From the NCBI GenBank assembly GCA_964607485.1, contig CAZSKP010000015.1, forward strand, positions 46,198 to 110,197: a DNA stretch of 64,000 nucleotides, given 5' to 3'. This stretch comes from an uncultured bacterium (lineage in GTDB: Bacteria > Abyssobacteria > SURF-5). Positions within the stretch are counted from its first letter, which is position 1; every line of letters starts with the position of its first letter. Made by a program: the position numbers and the translations under genes. The notes under the pieces are model-generated. The model did no database searches. It saw nothing but the letters and a program-made list of their open reading frames with translations, and was not told where the DNA came from. Positions 18,784 to 28,412 of the stretch are shown here, in pieces.

Positions 18784-20496
18784 CTACCTCTTGGTCTCGG
18801 CCAGTTCCGGCAAGCGTTCGGGCGCGGGCTGTTCCTCGGCCGACGGCAGGGGCTTCCTCAGCATGTTGATGACCTCGACGATCATCCACACGACGAACAC
18901 TATGATGATGCCGTCTATTCCGAACAGCAGCCAGTGACCGCTCTTGTAGAACGCGACTATGTTCAGCGCCATAGCCCAGCCGGTCATTGCGACCATGAAG
19001 ATCATCGGCAGGCCCGTATATACGACGGACTTGCCCTTCTTGTGAAGGTACACGGTGATGACCATCAGGGCCAGGCCGGCAAGCAATTGGTTGCTGGCGC
19101 CGAACAATGGCCACAGGACCAGAGCACCCTGGCCGTTGGGCCTGACCAGCGCGAGCAGCAGGGCGGTGATGACCGCAAACGCCGTGGCGGGATGCCGTCG
19201 GGTCAGCGGTTTGATCTTGAAGCTCGCCGCCAGGTCGCTCACGACATAACGCTGAATTCTCGTCGCGGTATCGAGGGTCGTGGCCGCGAAGCTGACCACG
19301 AACACCCCCAGGATGGTCACGGCGAGAGTCTCGCCGACCCCGAGCGCTTCCAATAAATTCGCGCCGCCGTCCACGAACGCGGACACTTTTGCGCCGAGAC
19401 CGGAAACGGCCGCCCAACTTGCGTAGCGCGCGCTCCACGCCTCCGTGCCGCCGAGGCCGGCCGTGCACGCCAATATGACCATGGTCGCGAGGGCCGCTTC
19501 CATGATCATGCCGCCATAGCCGATGAACTGCGCGTGGGTCTCATTGGAAAGCTGCTTGGATGATGTTCCGGAGGCAACGAGGCTGTGAAAGCCCGAGATC
19601 GCGCCGCATGCTATGGTGATGAAGAGGAACGGCCACATCGACGGAGCGCCCTTGGGAGCGGCCACATAGGCCGGGGCGCTTATGTGCGGGTGCGCGGCTA
19701 CGAGACCGATGAACAGCAGGCCCATGGCGATGAGCAACTGGTGTGAGTTTATGTAGTCGCGCGGCTGGAGCAGCGTCTGAATCGGGAGCACCGACGCGAC
19801 GTAGGCGTATATCATCAGGATAACCACCCACGTTACCAGGGGAGAACCCAAGATGATTCCCGGCATCTCGAACGGAATGTATGTCCCGATCCAGACGAAA
19901 ACATAGAGCATGATGACCGCCACGATTGAAAGCGTCCGGGGGTTGGCGTTCTTCTTGTACACCAGGTAACCCAGGGTTACCGCGACAGGGACTTCCATCC
20001 AGATTGGAAATATCAGAGTCGGATACATGGTGAACAGGATGCCGATTATCATCGCGAATATCGAGACGACGATGAACAGGGCGAAAAAGATGACAAGGAG
20101 GAATAACAGGCGCGAGGTCGGACTGACGAGGTCGCTGGTGACCTCTCCGATGGATTTTCCCTTGTTGCGGGAAGAGATCACGAGGGAGCCGAAGTCGTGA
20201 ACGGCGCCCATCACGATTGACCCGACAATTACCCAGATGAGGGCGGGCACCCATCCCCAAATGACCCCTATGGCCGGGCCGACGATCGGGCCGGTCCCGG
20301 CGATGGACGTGAAGTGATGACCGAAAAGCACCTCTTTTTTCGTCGGAACATAATCCATGCCGTCGGCCATTTCATGGGCCGGGGTGACCGCCTCCCTGCT
20401 GAGAGCGAAGAGCTTTCGCCCCAGGAATCGTCCGTATGTCCTGTAGGCGATTATGAATCCGACGTAAACCAGAATACACAACACCAGCGAATTCAT
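18784..20496 (-). CDS. cstA: Carbon starvation protein A family peptide/pyruvate transporter
   Basis: TPAH..DGMDYVPT, FGHHFTSIAGTGPIVGP, LLQPRDYIN, IACGAISGFHSL, WPLFGASNQLLA. Confidence 0.95.
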   Translation of the reverse strand: MNSLVLCILVYVGFIIAYRTYGRFLGRKLFALSREAVTPAHEMADGMDYVPTKKEVLFGHHFTSIAGTGPIVGPAIGVIWGWVPALIWVIVGSIVMGAVHDFGSLVISSRNKGKSIGEVTSDLVSPTSRLLFLLVIFFALFIVVSIFAMIIGILFTMYPTLIFPIWMEVPVAVTLGYLVYKKNANPRTLSIVAVIMLYVFVWIGTYIPFEMPGIILGSPLVTWVVILMIYAYVASVLPIQTLLQPRDYINSHQLLIAMGLLFIGLVAAHPHISAPAYVAAPKGAPSMWPFLFITIACGAISGFHSLVASGTSSKQLSNETHAQFIGYGGMIMEAALATMVILACTAGLGGTEAWSARYASWAAVSGLGAKVSAFVDGGANLLEALGVGETLAVTILGVFVVSFAATTLDTATRIQRYVVSDLAASFKIKPLTRRHPATAFAVITALLLALVRPNGQGALVLWPLFGASNQLLAGLALMVITVYLHKKGKSVVYTGLPMIFMVAMTGWAMALNIVAFYKSGHWLLFGIDGIIIVFVVWMIVEVINMLRKPLPSAEEQPAPERLPELAETKR

Positions 20497-20540
20497 GTTC
20501 TTGTCCCTCCTCAGAAAACGCGAGACACAAAACCGATTTC

Positions 20541-20569
20541 ATCATACCAGATTGCACGCAGTGGGTCAA
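20541..20569 (-). promoter_or_regulatory. sigma70-like promoter of cstA
   Basis: Minus strand TTGACC-N17-TATGAT with extended -10 TG. Confidence 0.55.
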
Positions 20570-20739
20570 GAATTTGGAACGCGCTTCAAGCCTCGTTAAC
20601 TGATTGGCGCCCGTGATGTTTTCTTGACAAATTGTCGGGAAATGTGAGAGAATTGCGCCATTCTGTGGTAACGCCATCGATCCGGCAGGCGGGCGGGGAA
20701 GCGGCTGTTCGGACGGCCGATTTTTCGCTGACGTGCCGC

Positions 20740-20768
20740 TTGACAATGTGGGGACGATGGGGTATAAT
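20740..20768 (+). promoter_or_regulatory. Consensus sigma70 promoter of the TetR gene
   Basis: Perfect TTGACA-N17-TATAAT. Confidence 0.85.
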
Positions 20769-20774
20769 TATTAG

Positions 20775-20792
20775 TGAATGAACAGTCATTCA
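20775..20792. promoter_or_regulatory. TetR/FadR-type operator 1
   Basis: Palindrome TGAATGA-ACAG-TCATTCA over the predicted transcription start. Confidence 0.8.
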
Positions 20793-20801
20793 TAAAAGCC
20801 C

Positions 20802-21431
20802 GTGGCTAAACAAAAATCAATCGCTATCAGAGAATCAATCCTCGAATCCGCCACTAAGGTGTTCGCCAAGACGGGCTTCTATAAGGCGAAGGCCGTTGAA
20901 ATCGCCCGCAGGGCCAACATCGCGGTCGGGACTATCTATAACTATTTCAAAAACAAGGACGACATACTGATCTCGATTTTCAACGAGCGCATAGGCGAGC
21001 TCAATCGTTCGTTGAGAACCGCGATACAGCAGACCGACGACCCGGACGAAAAACTGGGAATCATCCTCGACTCCACAATCTCGATGATGGAAAGCGACAG
21101 AGAGCTTGCCGAGGTAGTCACGATCGAGCTGCGCCAGAGCAGCAAATTTTTCTCGAGCACGGCTATCGCTTCCGTAGTGGAGTTTCTCGACATCTTGACC
21201 GACGTCATTCATCAGGGGCAGCAGCGGGGTATCTACCGGGCCGACATGGATGCGAGGGTGGTGGCGCTCATCGCGCTTGGCGGACTCGAAAACCTGCTCC
21301 ACGTGTGGGTGCTGAGCGACAGGGTTCCGGAACTGAAGTCGAAATACAGCATCTCGCTGGCAGAGGGCAGGGAGGCGTTCAAGGGGCTGGTCAAGTACGG
21401 GCTTCGCCGTGACGCTCGAGAGCTCGAGTAG
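20802..21431 (+). CDS. TetR/AcrR family regulator, FadR(YsiA)-like
   Basis: ILESATKVFAKTGF...IARRANIAVGTIYNYFKNKDDILISIF HTH; ELRQS motif in the ligand domain. Confidence 0.93.
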   Translation: MAKQKSIAIRESILESATKVFAKTGFYKAKAVEIARRANIAVGTIYNYFKNKDDILISIFNERIGELNRSLRTAIQQTDDPDEKLGIILDSTISMMESDRELAEVVTIELRQSSKFFSSTAIASVVEFLDILTDVIHQGQQRGIYRADMDARVVALIALGGLENLLHVWVLSDRVPELKSKYSISLAEGREAFKGLVKYGLRRDARELE

Positions 21432-21543
21432 GGAACGGAAGCGCGTCGGCAGAAGGGAAGCATTGCCCAGGAGGAGCCAGGTTGTGAAGCGTGACTCGAC
21501 TGCGAATGTGTTAAGAGAGGGCGGTTTTTTTAAACTCTGGTGT

Positions 21544-21563
21544 ATGAATGAAGCTTCATTCAT
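21544..21563. promoter_or_regulatory. TetR/FadR-type operator 2, upstream of the MMPL gene
   Basis: Perfect 20-bp palindrome ATGAATGAAGCTTCATTCAT with the same half-site as operator 1. Confidence 0.82.
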
Positions 21564-21602
21564 GTGATAAGGATCGGCTGACTCTGTTATGAAGAGGCTT
21601 CC

Positions 21603-24041
21603 ATGAAAGCCGAGCTTCAACAAAACTACCGACAGGCGAACTGGATTATTCGACGAGTGCTGAGGCGTCCGCGGCTCACCATCTTTCTCTTCGTGCTGAC
21701 GGTCCTCGTTCTATCGCTCGGAATCGGAAAAGTGAAATTCGTCAACCGGTTTGAGAGGGACCTGCCGGAAGACGACCCCATTCTCCAGACCAATCGCCGA
21801 TTCGAGGAGGTCTTCGGCGAGCGTGACCTTCTCATGGTGGCCCTCGTGAATGAGGGGGGAATCTATAATGAGGAAACCCTCACGAAGCTTTTTGAAATCA
21901 CACGTGAGCTCGAAGAGGTCGAGGGAGTGATTCCGGGGAGCGTCAAGTCGCTCTGCACCGTGAAGAACATATCCGGCTCCGACTCTGTGCTCGACATCGG
22001 GCCTTTCTTCGAAGAGCCGCCTCGCACGGAGGAAGAGGTCGCGAAGATACGTGAATCGGTCGAGAACAATTTCATGGCGCGCGGACGGCTTGTCTCTCAC
22101 GACGGGACGGCCACCGTATTGCGTGCCAACCTTGCGTCCGACCACGACGTTGCGAAAGTGTACGAGCAGACGCGCGCCATCGCGCAGAAGTACTCCGGGC
22201 CGGAGCGCATGTACATCACCGGCGACACGGTGGTGGATTACGAGGTCACCAGCTCCATGCGAAAAGATGTCGCGATGCTGTTCCCCGTTGCGCTCATTCT
22301 TGCCGTGGCGATACTTCTCGTCGCGTTTCGAAGATTCGGCAGCGTTGTGGCTCCGTGCGCTGCGGTCATCGCAACGACAGCAGCATCGCTCGGTCTGATG
22401 GGATTTCTCGGATTGCCGGTGACCGTGGTCGGCAGCATTCTGCCGGTGGTCATCGTGGCGGTCGTGAGCGCGTATGGCATCCACATTGTCAATATCTTCG
22501 ACCATGAATGCGCAAAGGGAGGCGCGCGCAAGGATGTTCTCCGCCGGACGATGAACGCCGTGAGCGGGCCTGTCGCGATATCGGCGCTAACGTCGGCGAT
22601 CGGGTTCGGTTCTCTCATCATTTTCAAGATTCGCTCCATACATGATTTCGGCCTCGTCCTGGCCATTGCGATTCTGTTCGGACTCTGTTCTTCCGTGATA
22701 TTCATCCCGGCTGTCCTCGCAATTCTTCCGTCTAAAAGCGTTCGACGGAAGGAGTCGAACACATCGGCGTTTGTCGATTGGGTCATCCTTGGTTTCTATG
22801 AATTCGTTCAGAGGCGCAGGAAGATATTTGCGGTCGCCGTGGCGGCAGGGTTTCTCCTCTCGGTGGCGGCCACGTCCAGATTGAAGGTGGGGCTCGAACC
22901 CGCGAAGGTTTTTCCCGAGGGTCATCCCACGCGTCAGTCGCTCGACGTCTTCAACGAGGAACTCGGCGGCTCGACACATTTCAACGTGATGATCGACACC
23001 GGTCATGCCGACGGAATCATAGAGCCGGCGACGCTCGAGAAGATGGACGAGTTTCAGAAATTCGCCGAGTCGGAGCAACACGTCGGCTATGCCACCTCCT
23101 TTGTCGACGTGGTCAGGAGGCTGCATTCCGAACTGACAGCCGAAGAGCCCGAGGCCGGTTCGCTGCCCGAAGACAAGTCTCAGGTGGCGCAGTATCTGCT
23201 CCTCTACAGCCTTTCGGGCGACCCGACCGATTTCGAGGATTTAGTGGATTATGAGTATCGGAGGGCGAGGCTCGTCGTCATGCTCGACACGTACGACGAC
23301 GCCGAACACCTCGAGCTGTACGAGAAGTTGAAGGGGAAGGCGGAGGAACTCTTCGGGGGCGGCGCCCACACGGAATTCGGCGGGCGCGCAATGATCCTGA
23401 TCGGCCAGGACCGCTACATAGTTGTCGGCAAGATCCTGAACATTATCTGCTCGCTCGCGATAGTGTGGATGGTTTGCACGCTGTATTTCCGTTCTGTGAG
23501 CGCAGGCCTGTTAAGCATAGTGCCGCTTGGCGTCGCGACCGTTTACACGTTCGGCCTGATGGGTGTGACAGGGATGAGGCTGAACATGGCGACTGCGATG
23601 ACCACGGGCATAGCCGTCGGGGTCGGGGTCGATTTCGCCGTCCACTACATACACCGTTTCCGCGAGGAGTTTCTGCGGAGCGGCGACGACACGCTGGCCG
23701 TCCGGAACACCCTGCTCACGACCGGAAAAGGCATCATCTTCAACACGCTCTCGGTCTCGTTCGGATTCCTCGTGTTCATGGGGTCGCGGTTCCAGGTGTT
23801 GCACGACTTCGGCTGGCTCATAGCGCTGACCATGCTCACGTGCGCCGCGGGCACCCTGATGTTTCTGCCGCCTCTTATCCGCGTGTTGCGCCCGTATTTC
23901 ATCTACGGCAAAGAGCCACAATACATCACGATGGTTCTTTCTTTGCCGCAAGTGCGAATTCCGGGAACAAGACTGGAGCTCGGCCTCGACGCCCCATCTT
24001 GGCTGAGCTCCGGACTGAAGAGGATTTCTCACTATTTTTGA
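21603..24041 (+). CDS. MMPL/RND superfamily transporter
   Basis: Two repeats of TM + large extracytoplasmic loop + TM bundle; GVGVDFAVH motif; ALTSAIGFGSL. Confidence 0.92.
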   Translation: MKAELQQNYRQANWIIRRVLRRPRLTIFLFVLTVLVLSLGIGKVKFVNRFERDLPEDDPILQTNRRFEEVFGERDLLMVALVNEGGIYNEETLTKLFEITRELEEVEGVIPGSVKSLCTVKNISGSDSVLDIGPFFEEPPRTEEEVAKIRESVENNFMARGRLVSHDGTATVLRANLASDHDVAKVYEQTRAIAQKYSGPERMYITGDTVVDYEVTSSMRKDVAMLFPVALILAVAILLVAFRRFGSVVAPCAAVIATTAASLGLMGFLGLPVTVVGSILPVVIVAVVSAYGIHIVNIFDHECAKGGARKDVLRRTMNAVSGPVAISALTSAIGFGSLIIFKIRSIHDFGLVLAIAILFGLCSSVIFIPAVLAILPSKSVRRKESNTSAFVDWVILGFYEFVQRRRKIFAVAVAAGFLLSVAATSRLKVGLEPAKVFPEGHPTRQSLDVFNEELGGSTHFNVMIDTGHADGIIEPATLEKMDEFQKFAESEQHVGYATSFVDVVRRLHSELTAEEPEAGSLPEDKSQVAQYLLLYSLSGDPTDFEDLVDYEYRRARLVVMLDTYDDAEHLELYEKLKGKAEELFGGGAHTEFGGRAMILIGQDRYIVVGKILNIICSLAIVWMVCTLYFRSVSAGLLSIVPLGVATVYTFGLMGVTGMRLNMATAMTTGIAVGVGVDFAVHYIHRFREEFLRSGDDTLAVRNTLLTTGKGIIFNTLSVSFGFLVFMGSRFQVLHDFGWLIALTMLTCAAGTLMFLPPLIRVLRPYFIYGKEPQYITMVLSLPQVRIPGTRLELGLDAPSWLSSGLKRISHYF

Positions 24042-24060
24042 AAAGCGCCGGAAGGAGAGA

Positions 24061-24090
24061 AGGCTGGGTGCCACCCCTAACACCCAGCCT
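24061..24090. terminator. Hairpin between convergent genes
   Basis: AGGCTGGGTG-N10-CACCCAGCCT perfect 10-bp stem. Confidence 0.45.
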
Positions 24091-24172
24091 GATGAGGAAG
24101 AGACATAATCATAAGAGATTATGAAAATACTATAACATAGTCCTTTTCAAAAATCCAGCGTTCCCTCGACTG

Positions 24173-26032
24173 CTAGTCATCTTTTGCGTTAAGTTTCCGG
24201 CTGGTCGACGAGGAGCCCTCCGTGTGCAACTGTTTCCCGGAGCGCTCGTCCCGATTCTCAAGTTTTCTTCTCGCGTTCTGGATGTTCCGCCTCACCTGTT
24301 CCGCGTGGGGGAACAGCTCCAGTTCCTTCTCGTATTCCTTGATGGCCGCTTCATACTCACCCATCATTTCGTACGCCACTCCCATATTGCTGTGAACCCA
24401 TTGGAGGAAGGGGGCCAGCTCCAGCGCCGTTTTGTACTCGGCGACGGCTCGCTTGTAGTTTCCTCTGTAAAAATAAGCAAGCCCCAAGTTGAAATGGGCT
24501 TTCGCAAATCTATCCGCCACCCTCGCGGGGATGTCGGAGGCGTCTGGGAACTTGGCCAACGTTGTACTGAGCAGAGCGATGGCTTCTTGATGTTTGCCGG
24601 TCTGCAGGTAAAGAGAGCCGAGGCTGAGGCGGGCGTCGGGAGAGTCCGGGTCGAGGGACACCGCCGTGTTGAGTTCCCACAGGGCTCTGTCTGTGTCGCC
24701 CATTCCCGCCAGCACCATGCCCAGGTTGGTATGAGGCCTTGCTTTTCCGGGAGACTTTTCCGTCGCATCCTTCCACAGAGTGTATTCGTTTTTCCACACA
24801 CCGTTACGGCTGATCGTGAGAGCGGATAGAAGAAGGACAGTGGCGACGACCGCCGTGTTTATCAATTTCGCATGCTCCGTCTCAGAAAGGCCGCGAAGGG
24901 GCGCGTCGTAGAGTTTAGCCAGAAATGACGCCGCCACAAAAAGGACTCCTATCGAAGGCAGGTACACCCAACGCTCGCTTATGACGTCCCACAGGGGGAT
25001 TATCGAGGAAGTGGGCGTGAGCGTTATCAGGAACCAGAGGATTCCGAACGAGGCCAGTTTATTTTTCTTGAAGAGGAACACGGCTGAAAGCGTGAGGAGC
25101 AAGAGGAAGAGGAATGCCAGAAAAGTCGAGGGCTCGAAAAGCGAATGGGACAGGGGAAAATCGTAATCGATATTCTGTCCCATCGGAAGAAAGATGAGGC
25201 GCAGATAAGTGACGATGACGCGCATCTGAGTGAACAGGTTTGTGCTGATGCTGCGGATGGGGCGCGTTTCACCGATGGCTCCCAGATAAACAATTCTCCA
25301 AACCAATATTCCCGCCAGCACAAGCAGGAAGGGAATCACTTTCAATACCGACCGCTTCAGCTTCCTCCAATCTCCCTGCTCGACAAAATAGAAGTCGAGA
25401 ATCAAGAGGACCGCCGGGAGAGTCGCATTCGATTCTTTCACCCATAAGGAGAGGAAGAACGCCAGCACGGCTCCCGCAAAGAAGGCCGCGTGGGCCGGTC
25501 GCCGGCCACCGGCGTCGCCGTCTGTTCCGGGAAAAAACGCCCTCATGTACAGAGACAGCGAGAGCAGGAAAAAGACGGTCGCCAGCGAAGAGGTGCGGCC
25601 GCTCACGTAGGTGACTGCCTCCGTCATGACGGGATGGGCCGCGAACATCAACGCAACAAAGAGTGGAATATGTCGGGCCCCGGCTGATGCGACGCCTTTG
25701 CGTCTTATCCGGAGGACGCGAAGAATGCCGGAGGCGATGAAATAGAGAAGTATCGCATTGGCCAGGTGAAACAGAAAATTGGAGATGTGATAACCGAACG
25801 GGTCGAGCTTGTAGAAGTGGTAGTCAATCGCAAACGAGTACATCAGCAGGAACCTGCCGGGATACAGCCTGAAGAGTTCGCCGACATTGCCCAGGCTGCG
25901 CACCGCTGCGTTGCCGCCGGCCGCAAAATAGTCGTCGAAGTGAAAGGAGGTGCCGAACGAATTCAAATAGACAATCAGGCAGAGCAGCGAAACCAGCAGC
26001 ACGTTCACGAGGTGTCTATTTCTGTTCGTCAT
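24173..26032 (-). CDS. TMTC-like GT-C membrane glycosyltransferase with C-terminal TPRs
   Basis: FHFDD, GYHISNFLFH, HPVMTEAVTYVSGR, KE, ERWVYLPSIG, RNGVW...LW motifs, then TPR repeats. Confidence 0.85.
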   Translation of the reverse strand: MTNRNRHLVNVLLVSLLCLIVYLNSFGTSFHFDDYFAAGGNAAVRSLGNVGELFRLYPGRFLLMYSFAIDYHFYKLDPFGYHISNFLFHLANAILLYFIASGILRVLRIRRKGVASAGARHIPLFVALMFAAHPVMTEAVTYVSGRTSSLATVFFLLSLSLYMRAFFPGTDGDAGGRRPAHAAFFAGAVLAFFLSLWVKESNATLPAVLLILDFYFVEQGDWRKLKRSVLKVIPFLLVLAGILVWRIVYLGAIGETRPIRSISTNLFTQMRVIVTYLRLIFLPMGQNIDYDFPLSHSLFEPSTFLAFLFLLLLTLSAVFLFKKNKLASFGILWFLITLTPTSSIIPLWDVISERWVYLPSIGVLFVAASFLAKLYDAPLRGLSETEHAKLINTAVVATVLLLSALTISRNGVWKNEYTLWKDATEKSPGKARPHTNLGMVLAGMGDTDRALWELNTAVSLDPDSPDARLSLGSLYLQTGKHQEAIALLSTTLAKFPDASDIPARVADRFAKAHFNLGLAYFYRGNYKRAVAEYKTALELAPFLQWVHSNMGVAYEMMGEYEAAIKEYEKELELFPHAEQVRRNIQNARRKLENRDERSGKQLHTEGSSSTSRKLNAKDD

Positions 26033-26374
26033 ATTTTCGGTTCGCGCGAGAACGCCGGCCGCTCCCGGAAGGTCGGCAGGCGCATTCTCTCATCCGTCAT
26101 GGGCCGCCGCTTTGGTGAGGATGTGTTTCTTATTGATGTCGGGTGGAACACCGTGCGGGAACAACCATAACCTGCGTCAGAATTCGTTGTCACATTTAGA
26201 CCTGAGGCGGTTAGGATTCTAGCATAGTGACATGAGGGTGTCAAACGCGCTCGCAGCTCCAGGCGATGAGGCATCATACTCGCATTCGCTTGTCAAAGAT
26301 TCCCGATAATGACAACATTGATTATGTGCAGATTGCGGATATGTTGTATGCCTCAAGGGTAATAGGAGCAGATA

Positions 26375-27463
26375 ATGGAAACAAAGAACAATTCCAGTTT
26401 GAACCACTCAAAGAATGACAAGACGGGCTTTGACCGGAGGAAATTCATCGCCTATTCGGCCGGCGCCGGCGTCGGCCTGATAGCGATTGCCTCAGGAGGA
26501 AGAAGCGTCGCCCGCATGCTCAAGTCGCCGCCCGCCCAGGGTGCCCAACCGCCTCTCGCGGCGGCAGGAAGCAGCCGCGTCGTTGTGATACGGAGCGAAA
26601 ACCTCTTCCGGAAGAATCCGGCCGGCCCGGAGAAAACTGAAGTCGAGCGAATGCTGCAAGCGAGCATCAAAAACCTTTTCGATGCCAATGATTCCACTTC
26701 CGCCTTGCGGAAACTCTTCACGCCCGACGACGTCGTCGGGATAAAGGTCAACTGCATCGCCGGTCCGAATCTCTCAACTCATCCCCGCGTGGTGGCGGCC
26801 ATAGTCTCGGAATTGGAAAAGATTCCCATTCCCAGAGAGAGAATAACTATCTGGGACCGAACGGGCAGAGAGCTGGAGAGCGCCGGATACGGCGTCAATA
26901 TCGACGGACCCGGCGTGAGGTGTTACGGAACCGACGCCGTCGGGTACGAAGACAAGCCATCGTCGCGGGGAAGTTTCAACGGGCGTCTTAGCAAGATTCT
27001 CACTCGGCGGATCACGGCGCTTGTGAATGTGCCCATCCTGAAAAACCACGGCGGCGCGGGAGTCACGGTCGCGATGAAGAATCACTACGGTTCCTTCCAC
27101 AATCCCGGCCGTCATCACGGGAATGGGTGCGACCCATACATCGCCGACCTCAATTCGCTGGATGAAATCAAGGCCAAGACGAAGCTCATCGTGTGCGATG
27201 CGACAAGGGCTACGTGCAACGGCGGGCCGGGCTACAAGCCTGCCTTCGTCTGGCCGTATTCCGGGCTGATCCTTTCGTGCGACCCCGTGGCGATGGACAC
27301 AGTCGGCGCCAGGATTATCGACGAAAGACGAGCGGAAATCGGCCTCCCCACGCTTGTCGAAGCGGGAAGGCATCCGCGATGGCTTGCCTCCGCCGCCGAG
27401 AGAGGGCTCGGAAACACCGAGACGAACAAGATCGACCGGAGAACTCTGACCCTCCCGGCGTGA
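26375..27463 (+). CDS. Tat-exported DUF362 family protein
   Basis: DRRKF twin-arginine leader; VGIKVN, THP, NVPILKNH.GAGVTVAMKNHYG, DPVAMD. Confidence 0.85.
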   Translation: METKNNSSLNHSKNDKTGFDRRKFIAYSAGAGVGLIAIASGGRSVARMLKSPPAQGAQPPLAAAGSSRVVVIRSENLFRKNPAGPEKTEVERMLQASIKNLFDANDSTSALRKLFTPDDVVGIKVNCIAGPNLSTHPRVVAAIVSELEKIPIPRERITIWDRTGRELESAGYGVNIDGPGVRCYGTDAVGYEDKPSSRGSFNGRLSKILTRRITALVNVPILKNHGGAGVTVAMKNHYGSFHNPGRHHGNGCDPYIADLNSLDEIKAKTKLIVCDATRATCNGGPGYKPAFVWPYSGLILSCDPVAMDTVGARIIDERRAEIGLPTLVEAGRHPRWLASAAERGLGNTETNKIDRRTLTLPA

Positions 27464-27623
27464 TGAACTCGGCATAGCGGAGAGTCGCAGACCGGCTCTC
27501 GGTGGGAGAAGAACATACCAGTTCGATCCGAGGAGTCAGATAGTCAGAAGAAATATGGAGAGCTGTTACATTGTTTTTGTGAATGGTCGCAATCGTATTT
27601 GAGGGCATAGGTGTCATGACTCC

Positions 27624-27651
27624 GTAGGGGCGAACGGCCGTGCGCCCCTAC
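27624..27651. repeat. GTAG-family REP-like palindrome
   Basis: GTAGGGGCGAACGGCCGTGCGCCCCTAC. Confidence 0.75.
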
Positions 27652-27680
27652 AAGAGTCAACAAGAAAAGTCGAAAGGCTG

Positions 27681-28190
27681 TTACCCTCCCCAAGGCATAT
27701 TGGAATACGTCTCACTGAGCTTATCGCGGAATTCCCTGAAAAACTTCTCGTGGCCCTTTTCCCAGCGGGCAAGCATCTTCAAGGCGTCACTCGGTGCTCC
27801 CTCGGTCTTCTCGGCCATTCTTTCGTAAAACTCGCTCAGGTCTTTCTCGATCAGCCACGCCGTGTTGAACACCGTCACGTCGGGGACCATTGACTCATGA
27901 ATGCATTGCTCGAGGAATTCCGCCTTGGCGCGCTCGTCGAAATAGTTGGTCGGTTCCAGCGCGGCGCCTTTCGCACCTGACAGGTCGATATCGGCACCCC
28001 GCTCCAGACCTTCCAGAATCGTCGTGATGAACTCGATGTGGTGCTTCTCTTCTTCGATCAATCGCGTGAACGCGTCGACCGCGTCTCCGACCCCCATCCG
28101 GCGAAGCGAGGTCTCGAAGAAGCTCATCCCGGTCTTTTCCTGGTTGAGCGCATATTCGAAAATCTTGATCAGGTTCTGATTCTTGGCCAT
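27681..28190 (-). CDS. Rubrerythrin/ferritin-like di-iron protein
   Basis: ALNQE...EEEKHH and AWLIEK..FY...WEKGH duplicated E/ExxH helices. Confidence 0.88.
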   Translation of the reverse strand: MAKNQNLIKIFEYALNQEKTGMSFFETSLRRMGVGDAVDAFTRLIEEEKHHIEFITTILEGLERGADIDLSGAKGAALEPTNYFDERAKAEFLEQCIHESMVPDVTVFNTAWLIEKDLSEFYERMAEKTEGAPSDALKMLARWEKGHEKFFREFRDKLSETYSNMPWGG

Positions 28191-28412
28191 CTTCAATCCT
28201 CCACGTACCAGCCTATCGGATACCAAGCCCGCCTTGTCCTCCAACTATGTATCATCGGATGCGACATTGGCTAAGGCCTCCAGGCCCGTTCATCCCATTT
28301 CTACATATTGGAAGCGATTGACTATGGGAATAGCGTTCACTATAATGGCGGCAGTGTGAGCGATTTGTCAATGTTGCCCGGCCTGACTGTCATAAGCGGG
28401 AGGAGGCGTTAA

